Source of the DNA: Candidatus Vogelbacteria bacterium
GTDB lineage: Bacteria; Patescibacteriota; Minisyncoccia; Phycocordibacterales; XYD1-FULL-46-19
Length of the DNA: 46,411 bases
Reading direction: 5' to 3'
Assembly: GCA_023267075.1 (NCBI GenBank)
Contig: JAHFNY010000002.1
Location: forward strand, 1-46,411
Below the pieces are notes generated by a model. It saw nothing but the letters and a program-made list of their open reading frames with translations. It was not told the origin of the DNA and made no database searches. Below, piece after piece: positions 9,958-18,677 of this stretch; positions within the stretch are counted from its first letter, which is position 1; every line of letters begins with the position of its first letter. The translations under genes were made by a program, and so were the position numbers.

Positions 9958-11061
9958 AAAGTAATCTTCCAACTTCCTGATATACACCGGCAAGCTATAA
10001 TTACTCACCGTCACTTTGGCTTCTTGACTAATATTTTCCCTCAACGCTTCATCGTCCAAAAGAAGACTTATTTTATCCGCTAAAGAATCAGGGTCTTTGG
10101 GTTCAGCGAGTAGACCATTTTTACCGTCAATCAATATTTCCGGTATCCCACCCACCGCAGTGGCTACCACCGGCACACCAGCGGCCATCGCTTCAAGCAT
10201 CGCGATTGGTTGCCCCTCCCAGTGCGAGGAAATAACGAAAATATCTAAAACGGGCAAAATTTCTTTAATCTCCCGCGCGGGTCTAATCAAAAACCGTTCA
10301 CTTATTTTAAGATCATTAACTAAAGTCTTAAGTTCCGACTCTAGTTTACCGTAACCAATTAATAGAAAATAAACACCATCCCGCTTAATTTTTTCCAAAA
10401 CTTTTTTAGCCGCTTGAATAAGATCAACCTGGCCCTTCTGCTCAACGAAACGACCAACCGTTCCCACGACCACGCTATTTGCCGGTAGGCCTAAAGTTTG
10501 CTTCATTTTAACCGGATCAAATTGCTTTGGCTCAACTAATTCAATTGGATAAGGTAAAATGGCAAATTTACTTTTAGCAATATTTTCTTGTTTAGCGGTA
10601 AAATCTAAAATCGCTTGAGAATCAACGAAGATTTTAACCGTTTCAAGCGCTAAAATCTTATCGGCCGCAATCTTCCACCACGACTTCTGCCAATAAACAT
10701 TATGCTCAAAAATAAAGATGGGCTTCCGGCCAAGCAAGAGATTAAGCACCCGGATGATAAAATTTGACTCAAATAAATGGCAACAAAACAAATCAAACTT
10801 TTCTTGGCGCAAAAACTTATAAACCCTAAACCAACTTACAATATCCCCTGGCCCCCTAAAGTTAAAAGCCCGATACGGAATACCTTTAAGTTCGGCTAAA
10901 ACCTTAGCGTAATTATTTTCCCCATAAGGAAACAGGGTACAAAGATATGGTTCAAATCTCTCTTTATCAATGTTTTTAACCTGATTAATAACCAGCTTTT
11001 CCGCTCCACCAATATCCAAATTACCAATAGTGAACAAAATTTTAATCTTTTCGACAGTCAT
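9931..11061 (-). CDS. glycosyltransferase family 4
   Basis: Contains KILFTIGNLDIGGAEK and SSHWEGQPIAMLEAMAAGVPVVATAVGGIPE. Start taken at ATG 11061 (MTVEKIKILF). Confidence 0.85.
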   Translation of the reverse strand: MTVEKIKILFTIGNLDIGGAEKLVINQVKNIDKERFEPYLCTLFPYGENNYAKVLAELKGIPYRAFNFRGPGDIVSWFRVYKFLRQEKFDLFCCHLFESNFIIRVLNLLLGRKPIFIFEHNVYWQKSWWKIAADKILALETVKIFVDSQAILDFTAKQENIAKSKFAILPYPIELVEPKQFDPVKMKQTLGLPANSVVVGTVGRFVEQKGQVDLIQAAKKVLEKIKRDGVYFLLIGYGKLESELKTLVNDLKISERFLIRPAREIKEILPVLDIFVISSHWEGQPIAMLEAMAAGVPVVATAVGGIPEILIDGKNGLLAEPKDPDSLADKISLLLDDEALRENISQEAKVTVSNYSLPVYIRKLEDYFLDFFPANH

Positions 11062-12748
11062 AAATAGTACTTGAGATATATTTATCTTGTTCTCTATAGG
11101 CAACTTGGCAAGAATTAAAATACTGGGCATAGACACTGTTTGGATCAATATGTGGAATATCCACGACTAAATAATGCTCTCGATATTTATTAAGAGTTTT
11201 TAACTTTTCCGTGACATCAAATTTGGGGTCAATATAAAGACGCTTACGATATTTACCGGTTTGGATAACGTTATAGCCGCCATTATCGTTATAGACGGTG
11301 ACCATTTTAATATCCTGATCAGCCTTGATAAAAGCCGTGGCATTTACCACCAACTTAGCCGCATTACCATTAATACCGCCAAACAAATATTCTTCAATAA
11401 AAACTCCGTTATAGACTAAACCCAGAATAAGGATGCCCAACAAAACTGTCGTCTTAAGATTGACCTTAACAAAAGCAATTAAAACTAAAATTAAGACAAA
11501 CAACCACATTAAACCAATAAAAGCGAAAGAAATATAAAATGGTAGCGGGCCGGAACCACCAGTAAAGGGGAAGAGAAAATTCCAATGAAAAGAAACTAGG
11601 AGCTGAAGCCACTCAGTCTTAGGATAAAGGGGCGAGACATTCTGCGGTAAAAATTGAATCAAAAAAATCAAACTTGCGGCCAAGCTAATTATTAAAATTT
11701 TAAACCGATGGATCAATCCCTGATCTAGAACTTTAACCCCAATAGCGCCCCCAATCAGACATAAAGGAATGATTAAGAATTGGAGATAACGATCTAAAGC
11801 CCCAATAGAGAAATCGAATAGCACTAAATAGAAAACTAATCCGGCAAAAATAAATAAGTAAAACGGTCGAAGCTTTCTAAACAATACTTGATTGGTGAAA
11901 ATAACTGGTGCCAATAAAAGCGGGGAAGAATATAAAACCGCTTTACTAAATTGAATAAAAGTCTGGAGCCACCCCCGATTAAGAAATGACGATGAATCAG
12001 CAAAATGTTCCCAATACTTGATCGCGCTTGATACATTAAAGAAAGGAAAAAATAATTTAGATATTAGCAAAACATTAATTAAAACCGCTGCCGCTAAAAT
12101 AATTTTTAACCCATAAGCAAATAAGCGTTGCTTGTTACGGAAAGCTCCTTGCTCTACTGCCCAATCTAAAGCAAAAGCAAGCAGTGGCAAAACAGCACTA
12201 ACTTTGACCAGGAAACCACCTAAAGCCCCCACCAATAACAAGACCAACCACGGCCACTTTTCTTTAATCTCCAACTTCCCTGCCTTGCCGGCAGGCAAGC
12301 AATCTCTAACTTCTCTGATTTTGAAATAACCAATTGAAAGTAAGAGTAAAAAAAACGGCATTACTGCTCCATCAACATCCACCATCAAAGACGCCAAAAC
12401 CGAGAAAAAAGAAACGGTGAACAACAAAATAGTCCCATATGCAGTCCGGTAATCAAAAATAATTTTAGCTAAGTAAAAAAGTAGGAGTAAATTAAGTAAG
12501 CTAAAGATTAAGGGAATTGCCCGAAAATTGTTTTCTCCCACGACTGGGCCAAGTTTACTGTAAACAAATTCAGCCAGGGGCGGATGGGGAATGACGCCAA
12601 CCGACTCTTCTCCACTGCCAAAAAATGATACCCACTTGTATTCATCCTGGTGATATGGCTGATGAAGAGCCGGCAAACGCAAAACTAAAAATAGAACGAC
12701 AATAGCCAAGAAAATCAAAATCCCCTTCTTAGAAAACTTAAATTTCAT
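11042..12748 (-). CDS. GT-C fold membrane glycosyltransferase (GT39/PMT_2-like) with a C-terminal soluble domain
   Basis: Polytopic, with HQPYHQDEYKW (a first-loop acidic motif) near the N-terminus. Start taken at ATG 12748, because the track start 12781 is a TTG. It carries the in-frame palindromic element at 12278-12300. Confidence 0.55.
   Translation of the reverse strand: MKFKFSKKGILIFLAIVVLFLVLRLPALHQPYHQDEYKWVSFFGSGEESVGVIPHPPLAEFVYSKLGPVVGENNFRAIPLIFSLLNLLLLFYLAKIIFDYRTAYGTILLFTVSFFSVLASLMVDVDGAVMPFFLLLLSIGYFKIREVRDCLPAGKAGKLEIKEKWPWLVLLLVGALGGFLVKVSAVLPLLAFALDWAVEQGAFRNKQRLFAYGLKIILAAAVLINVLLISKLFFPFFNVSSAIKYWEHFADSSSFLNRGWLQTFIQFSKAVLYSSPLLLAPVIFTNQVLFRKLRPFYLFIFAGLVFYLVLFDFSIGALDRYLQFLIIPLCLIGGAIGVKVLDQGLIHRFKILIISLAASLIFLIQFLPQNVSPLYPKTEWLQLLVSFHWNFLFPFTGGSGPLPFYISFAFIGLMWLFVLILVLIAFVKVNLKTTVLLGILILGLVYNGVFIEEYLFGGINGNAAKLVVNATAFIKADQDIKMVTVYNDNGGYNVIQTGKYRKRLYIDPKFDVTEKLKTLNKYREHYLVVDIPHIDPNSVYAQYFNSCQVAYREQDKYISSTIYDCRKD
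12278..12300. repeat. GC-rich palindromic element, copy 1 (in frame in the GT-C gene)
   Basis: CCCTGCCTTGCCGGCAGGCAAGC. Its reverse complement matches copy 2 (24850-24872) at 21 of 23 positions. It encodes CLPAGKAGK. Confidence 0.7.
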
Positions 12749-12764
12749 AATGTGGGACAATTTT

Positions 12765-14426
12765 TTATTTCTTTTCGGCAATCAGTAATATCGACACACC
12801 AAAGGGGAACTTGAGATACCTTAACAATTTTCTTTCAAAATTAAAGAGGCTAAAAAATATTTTATCTAACAGGGGCGTATTAAGATCAAAATCGGACTGA
12901 CGCTTCTTAAGCTTAAAGATTCTACTCGCCAACCGGACCAGAGCAATCGGCAAGAAAAGAATGGTATTGAAATAAGATGAAGAAACAATTTTAAACTCGC
13001 CAGAAGTGAGGACCTTGTCCTTGATCCCACCTAAGGTGTAACGCCGATAATGATGGGCCACTTCATCTTGTACCCCCCAGAGAAATTGATACGCGGGCAC
13101 CATGACGATGAACTTGCCCCCTGGCTTAAGCACTCTTGCCACCTCTTTAATCGCCCAAGATTCATCCTCCAAGTGTTCTAAAACATCCATCGACAACACT
13201 ACATCAAATTGCCGATCGGGATAATTTAATTTATGGGAATCCTGAATGGTCAGATTTTTAATCCCCTTCAACTCGCCAAATTTAATCGCCTCTTCAGAGA
13301 TATCAGTTCCCGAGACATCATATCCCCGCTCGCCCAACTCCCCGACGAAAATCCCCGAACCACAACCAAAATCAAGAATCTTTACCTCCTTGGGCGAACG
13401 AGAAAAATACTTGGTCAAATTGTCTACCACCATCATCCGCCTAACCTTCATTAACCAATGATTCTTCTCTACTTCAAAATAATTTTTATAAAAATTTCTA
13501 TTCATGCCAGAAGTGTTTAGGTCCCATAAATTCCAATTGAACTTGGTAATATATTCTTTAAGGCAAACGTGCCAATCCCGAGTAAGGTGTGGAGCAATTC
13601 TCTTAAGCTCGGTGTTGATTAACTTCTCTGACTTGGGCCGCGGGGCAAAATAATTTTCTTTGAAAAAGCTAGAATCGACTTCTCGGATCTTAACTTGGTC
13701 TGTTACGCCAAGACATTCAAGCAAGTACCGCGCCACATCCGCTCGACTACCACCCCCATCGCAAGCCCCATGATATAGACCATAAGCATCATGGTCAAGA
13801 AGATATTTTATTGATTGAGCCAAGTCATAAGTGTGGCAAGGTGTCCCCAATTTATCATTGACTACCATCAACTCTTTCACCCCCGCCCGTAATTGTTTAA
13901 TGATTTTATTAATAAACTTTTTATCTTTCTTAGGCCCACCACCCATCATCCAACCAGCCCGAATAACAATCGACTTGGGTAAAGTCTTAGCCACCAACTC
14001 CCCGCCATATTTACTTTTACCATACACACTCAAAGGATTAGGAGTATCAATTTCTAAATACTCTTCTTTAACGCCATCAAAGATCCCCGCAGTAGAAATA
14101 TAGACTAGAGGAATATTATGTTCCCGGGCATATTGAGCCACATTTTCTACCCCACCGGTATTAGTGGCATAAGCCTCTTTAGGGTGGAGCTCGCAATATT
14201 CCATATCGGTTAAAGCTGCCAAATGGACAATGTAATTAGGCTTGATTTTAGCCAAGTAAGCGGCCACGTTTTTACTAGCCGCTACGTCTAAAAGCTCCAA
14301 CCAGGGAGTATTAAGATCAATATCGCTAGCATGAAGCTCGCAAATATCTTTAAAAACGTCATATACCGCCTCACCCAGCATGCCGCCGCAACCGGTTATG
14401 ACTACTCTGTCGCTTTTATGAATCAT
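12765..14426 (-). CDS. fusion protein: RmlD-like SDR (sugar-nucleotide reductase/epimerase) plus a C-terminal SAM methyltransferase
   Basis: The N-terminal part has VVITGCGGMLGEAV, HLAALTDMEYCE and SVYGKSKYGGE (the SDR YxxxK). The C-terminal part has ILDFGCGSGIFVGEL, VLSMDVLEHLED and LKPGGKFIVMVPA. Confidence 0.75.
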   Translation of the reverse strand: MIHKSDRVVITGCGGMLGEAVYDVFKDICELHASDIDLNTPWLELLDVAASKNVAAYLAKIKPNYIVHLAALTDMEYCELHPKEAYATNTGGVENVAQYAREHNIPLVYISTAGIFDGVKEEYLEIDTPNPLSVYGKSKYGGELVAKTLPKSIVIRAGWMMGGGPKKDKKFINKIIKQLRAGVKELMVVNDKLGTPCHTYDLAQSIKYLLDHDAYGLYHGACDGGGSRADVARYLLECLGVTDQVKIREVDSSFFKENYFAPRPKSEKLINTELKRIAPHLTRDWHVCLKEYITKFNWNLWDLNTSGMNRNFYKNYFEVEKNHWLMKVRRMMVVDNLTKYFSRSPKEVKILDFGCGSGIFVGELGERGYDVSGTDISEEAIKFGELKGIKNLTIQDSHKLNYPDRQFDVVLSMDVLEHLEDESWAIKEVARVLKPGGKFIVMVPAYQFLWGVQDEVAHHYRRYTLGGIKDKVLTSGEFKIVSSSYFNTILFLPIALVRLASRIFKLKKRQSDFDLNTPLLDKIFFSLFNFERKLLRYLKFPFGVSILLIAEKK

Positions 14427-14432
14427 AGTAAA

Positions 14433-15149
14433 TTATAGTAAGCCAAGCCTCAGTTTTACCATATCTTTAATCGTATTCCAAATCACTTTAGGCTTGGAGC
14501 CGGAAGCAATACCGGTCTTCCTCTCATAATGAGTCACTGGAAATTGGGCGATTTTATAACCCATTTTCCGCGCTTTTAACATTATCTCGGCATCAATGAA
14601 AGCACCGTAGGGATTACCATTAATGGTCATTTGTTGCAGAACCGAGGCTTTGAAGATTTTAACCGCGCAATTAATATCCCGAAAATGACTAAAAAATAGA
14701 ACATTAATTAAAGTATTGTGGACCAGCGACTGGAATTTACGGAAGGGGGAAACCGCTTTTTGGGTGGCATAGCCAGCAATCACGTCATGGTTCTGTAAAA
14801 GATGGAGATAAGGCCCGGCCTCTCTAACATCGTATTGATTATCGCCATCGGTGTACATCACATAAGCAAATCCCCCGCGCGAGCCATGCTCAAACCCTTC
14901 TTTAAGCGTGGCATTATAACCCTTATTTTTCTCATGGTGAATTACTCGAGTATGGGGAAACTTCTGGGCCAGTTCTTCAGCCACTTTACCCGTCCCGTCT
15001 TTAGCCCCATCATCAATAATTACAATCTCAAATTTATCGGTATTATTGTTTAGAAAGTCAAAAACAACGGGAATCAAATCCGGCAAATTACCGGCGTCAT
15101 TATACGCCGGGCAGAAAAATGAAACGCTAGAGAGCCTAAAATTATTCAT
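14433..15149 (-). CDS. GT2 polyprenyl-phosphate glycosyltransferase (GtrB/Dpm1-like)
   Basis: Contains VSFFCPAYNDAGNL, VIIDDGAKDGT and MYTDGDNQYD. Confidence 0.8.
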   Translation of the reverse strand: MNNFRLSSVSFFCPAYNDAGNLPDLIPVVFDFLNNNTDKFEIVIIDDGAKDGTGKVAEELAQKFPHTRVIHHEKNKGYNATLKEGFEHGSRGGFAYVMYTDGDNQYDVREAGPYLHLLQNHDVIAGYATQKAVSPFRKFQSLVHNTLINVLFFSHFRDINCAVKIFKASVLQQMTINGNPYGAFIDAEIMLKARKMGYKIAQFPVTHYERKTGIASGSKPKVIWNTIKDMVKLRLGLL

Positions 15150-15157
15150 AAATCATT

Positions 15158-16192
15158 TTATAAAATTTCTTGAGCTAATTTATCGACCAGACTATTTAAA
15201 CTGTGTTTTTGGGCGACATAGGTCTCAAGTTCTAGAGAAAGTCTTTTCTTTTCCTCTGCCGCTAAATTGAGAATGAATTCAATTCGTTGAGCAACATCTT
15301 CAACTTTTTCGCTAGTAGCAATCAATCTCTCATCAATCTCCCCCGCTAGAGATTGATTAGTTATAACCAAGAGGCAACCACACGCCGCCGCTTCTAAAAT
15401 CGTTTTATCTAAGCTGCCCGAGGGCGTTAGATTGATAAAAATCTCATGCTGATTATAAATCGCCGGTGCTTCATAATTAGGAATAGCGGGATGGAAAGTG
15501 ACCACATCTTCAATCTTTAATTCAAGCACGCGGGCTTTAAGTTGGTTAAAATAAGCTTGATCTTTAGGCAAAGCCGCACCGTAAAAGTAAGTTTTAGCCA
15601 TTATACCTTTAGCCTTCAAAAGTCCTAAAGCCTCAATCAAAATTTCTGGATGTTTAATGGGCGCAATTCGGCTTAAGAATAAGAGCGAGTTTTTTTCTCT
15701 GATCTCACCGTTTAGAGGCTTAAACTTGTCCGTATTAATCCCCACCGGCATTAATGTAGTCTTTTTATATCGAGCGGTAAAAGAAAAGGGTGAAGTACAA
15801 AAGACTTTATTAGCTAGAAAAACGGCTAACCTAGTCAACCCACTGCCGTTTGGATGATTACGCCACAAACCAATGGTCCGACCCCGCAGGCGCCACCACC
15901 AGCCGCCAAGTAAAACGTATTCCTGATTCATGTGGACAAAGACCGCCTCATATTCTCCTTCTAAACGCCACAATAATTTATAAAATTGAATGATATAAGC
16001 TAGCCGATTAGGCGCCTGTTCCTTACCTAAAGAAAAGACTTTTACATTAGCGGGTAAATCCGCTTGACCCCGCTCTAAACAAATCACCGTTACTTGAGTA
16101 AATTTACTAGCCAGAGCCCTCACCCACTCGTGGAAAAAGCCGAGGACATCATCCTCACGATCAATTTTTTGGGTTAAGACTAATAGTTTCAT
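15158..16192 (-). CDS. glycosyltransferase family 4-like
   Basis: Starts MKLLVLTQKIDREDDVLGFFHEW and has the GT-B C-terminal region TPSGSLDKTILEAAACGCLLV. Confidence 0.7.
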   Translation of the reverse strand: MKLLVLTQKIDREDDVLGFFHEWVRALASKFTQVTVICLERGQADLPANVKVFSLGKEQAPNRLAYIIQFYKLLWRLEGEYEAVFVHMNQEYVLLGGWWWRLRGRTIGLWRNHPNGSGLTRLAVFLANKVFCTSPFSFTARYKKTTLMPVGINTDKFKPLNGEIREKNSLLFLSRIAPIKHPEILIEALGLLKAKGIMAKTYFYGAALPKDQAYFNQLKARVLELKIEDVVTFHPAIPNYEAPAIYNQHEIFINLTPSGSLDKTILEAAACGCLLVITNQSLAGEIDERLIATSEKVEDVAQRIEFILNLAAEEKKRLSLELETYVAQKHSLNSLVDKLAQEIL

Positions 16193-17664
16193 CGGCCGTT
16201 TTTAAAGATTACTCCTCGATAAATAAAAAAGTTGAAGACGGCAATAATCGCTCCACCAATGACTTGAGCAATCAAGTAATGAATCCCCGCTCCATCAACT
16301 AATAAATACATTAAGACCGTATTGGCTAAAGTATTGAAGATCCCCAACCCACTGTGCATTACCGCTTGAATATGCACTGTCTTAAGCGAGTGGTCGCGGA
16401 AGACCCAAAACTTCTGGAGAATAAAGCTCACCACCAACGCCACCAAGAAAGCCCAGATAGCGGAATAAAGATACCAAATCCCGACCCAATCAGTGAAAAC
16501 GTGGAGAAGGAAGAGGTCTAAAACCGCCGCCGAGCCCCCGGCGATTAAATATTTGAAAAATCTTTTCACTTTGCCGCCGCGATTGAAACTGACATCATCA
16601 TGCCAAGCGTGGCTAATCGCCGCTAAATATTCGGATTTAGACACCATGGGTAAATTAGTCGGGGCCTTTATCTCCCGAGAATTTAATTCTTTAATCATCG
16701 CGGCGGCTAGCGCCGCTGGCTCTGGTTTAACAATTGCCGCCCCCACTTCACTCGCTACCCCCACGTCGGTTGCTACAATCGGCAAACCAGCAAAAGAGGC
16801 CTCTAAAAGAGTTAGGCCATAACCCTCGTAAGCTGAAGTAAGGAGGAAGAGATCAGCGGTCCGATACAAATCAGTTAAATCCGCAATCCAACCGGCAAAA
16901 ATCACTTTAGACTCTACCCCCAATTGCCGCGCCAAGGCTTTAAGTTCTCCCTCTAGGGGTCCAGTGCCCGCAATCACTAAACCAAGGTCAGGATTAGTTT
17001 TAAGCGCTACCGCTAAGGCTTTAATCGCTAAATCAATTTGCTTCTCACGGGTAAGACGAGACGCCACTAAAATAATCTGTTTGAATTGAGAATATTGCTG
17101 ATGGAGATCGATCTTAATTGGTTGAGAAAATTTAGTCGCTTCAGTAAAAATTGGCAGAACGAGCACCGGCTTAGCTAACACGATTTTATTATTAATCAAA
17201 GAATTCTTGATTCGCTCGCTCACTACTCGAGTATGACTCGCTTCTGATAAAAGCAAGCGGCCCAAATTGTGGCGCAAGCGATTAAGCCCCGACTCACGTC
17301 GGAAGGCCGGCGCCAGAAAATCGGTATGAATTTGCAATTCTAGTCCAGTCCTAAACCATTGCGCGAGCAGCCAGCCAGCGAGTCCAGTCTCAAAGGGATC
17401 TTGGCAAGTAATTAAAGTTGGTCGACCGATCTTTTTACCCAACCAAAAAGCTGAAGAAATATAAGTTAAGCGCGATAAATTATTAGTCGGATAAACCGTT
17501 ACCTTAGCACTAACTTTAAATTGCTTAAAATTATTTTTCTTAAGCGAGAAAACAATCACGTCTAGTTGATCTACCAGGTCGCCTAAAGCCACTAAACGCT
17601 CGCGGACGGCGCTCCCCTCTTTAAACACTTCTCGATCGGTTGAAATCATTAAGACTTTAGTCAT
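16189..17664 (-). CDS. GT4 glycosyltransferase fused to a C-terminal GtrA-like 4-TM domain
   Basis: The GT-B part has TSAYEGYGLTLLEASFAGLPIVATDVG. The last ~125 aa (FFKYLIAGGSAAVLDLFLLHVFTDWVGIWYLYSAIWAFLVALVVSFILQKFWVFRD...) match the GtrA family pattern. Confidence 0.75.
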   Translation of the reverse strand: MTKVLMISTDREVFKEGSAVRERLVALGDLVDQLDVIVFSLKKNNFKQFKVSAKVTVYPTNNLSRLTYISSAFWLGKKIGRPTLITCQDPFETGLAGWLLAQWFRTGLELQIHTDFLAPAFRRESGLNRLRHNLGRLLLSEASHTRVVSERIKNSLINNKIVLAKPVLVLPIFTEATKFSQPIKIDLHQQYSQFKQIILVASRLTREKQIDLAIKALAVALKTNPDLGLVIAGTGPLEGELKALARQLGVESKVIFAGWIADLTDLYRTADLFLLTSAYEGYGLTLLEASFAGLPIVATDVGVASEVGAAIVKPEPAALAAAMIKELNSREIKAPTNLPMVSKSEYLAAISHAWHDDVSFNRGGKVKRFFKYLIAGGSAAVLDLFLLHVFTDWVGIWYLYSAIWAFLVALVVSFILQKFWVFRDHSLKTVHIQAVMHSGLGIFNTLANTVLMYLLVDGAGIHYLIAQVIGGAIIAVFNFFIYRGVIFKNGR

Positions 17665-18677
17665 ACTATCTTGTCGGACAAATTTATAAACTCGTCCCTA
17701 ATCTCATCCCAAGTGTGAGTATAAGTAAACTGCTCCACGCGCGAACGCCATTTGGCATATTCTAGTGGTTGAGTTAGTTCTAAGACTTTATCTTTAATTT
17801 CCTTTTCATTGAGCGGATCGACGAAAATGCCCACTCCGCGCAACTTTTCATATAAACCGGTCTCCCGCGTCAGAATAAACGGCTTACCTAAACGAATCGC
17901 GTCTAAAATTAAATTGGGACTAATATCACCGATGGAGACTAAAATTATCGCATAAGCCTCTTTCATTTTAGTTAAAAATTCCCCGTAAGGCGCTAGTTCT
18001 AGATCAAGTCGTAAGTCACCGTCAATAAACTTGGCCGCCAAGAAAGCTTTAGCTAGAGTATCCAAGTTCTTCCACACCAAGGGTCGCGCAGCACCCAAGA
18101 AAACCTTTCCCACTGGTAAAGTAAAGCTTTCCTTCGGGCCAAAATAATTCTCGATTAACGCCGTCTTCACTTTAGCCAATCGATATGGTTTGGTCCAAAT
18201 TTGCCTCTGCCACTCGGTACTAAAGACCACTATACTCGCCAAGCGGAGGGTTAGTCGGGTGAGGAAGAAGGTAAGTTTTTCCTTCTTCGTCCACTTGCTC
18301 CGACCGGCCAAGTAAAAATTGCGGAGGAGAATCTTTTCCCCTGTCCGCTCCACGTACCACTCCCACAAGAAGTCGCCGCCAGTACGAATAATTATTTTTT
18401 TATTAAAAATCCGCGCGGCAATAGTTGCCGGCAAGCCGACGCTATAAGTATCTAGAGCAATAATTAAATCGGCTTGAATCACCGCCGGAATAATTTTAAA
18501 AAAATAAAAAAGGTGGCGAATCCCGGTCGGCAATTTAAATTCTAACTTATACCGCCGGACTATCACTTCCCAATCCGCATCCCTAAAGCTCTTAGCTAAT
18601 TCTTTAGCATATTGGGCCGGACCACCGACTTGGGGCGGATAAATCCCCGTCGCAATGAATAATTTCTTCTTTTCCAC
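17661..18677 (-). CDS. glycosyltransferase (GT4-like, GT-B fold)
   Basis: Starts KLFIATGIYPPQVGGPAQYAKEL, an N-terminus typical of Glyco_trans_4-like domains. It has 4-nt overlaps with both neighbouring genes. Confidence 0.6.
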   Translation of the reverse strand: MEKKKLFIATGIYPPQVGGPAQYAKELAKSFRDADWEVIVRRYKLEFKLPTGIRHLFYFFKIIPAVIQADLIIALDTYSVGLPATIAARIFNKKIIIRTGGDFLWEWYVERTGEKILLRNFYLAGRSKWTKKEKLTFFLTRLTLRLASIVVFSTEWQRQIWTKPYRLAKVKTALIENYFGPKESFTLPVGKVFLGAARPLVWKNLDTLAKAFLAAKFIDGDLRLDLELAPYGEFLTKMKEAYAIILVSIGDISPNLILDAIRLGKPFILTRETGLYEKLRGVGIFVDPLNEKEIKDKVLELTQPLEYAKWRSRVEQFTYTHTWDEIRDEFINLSDKIV

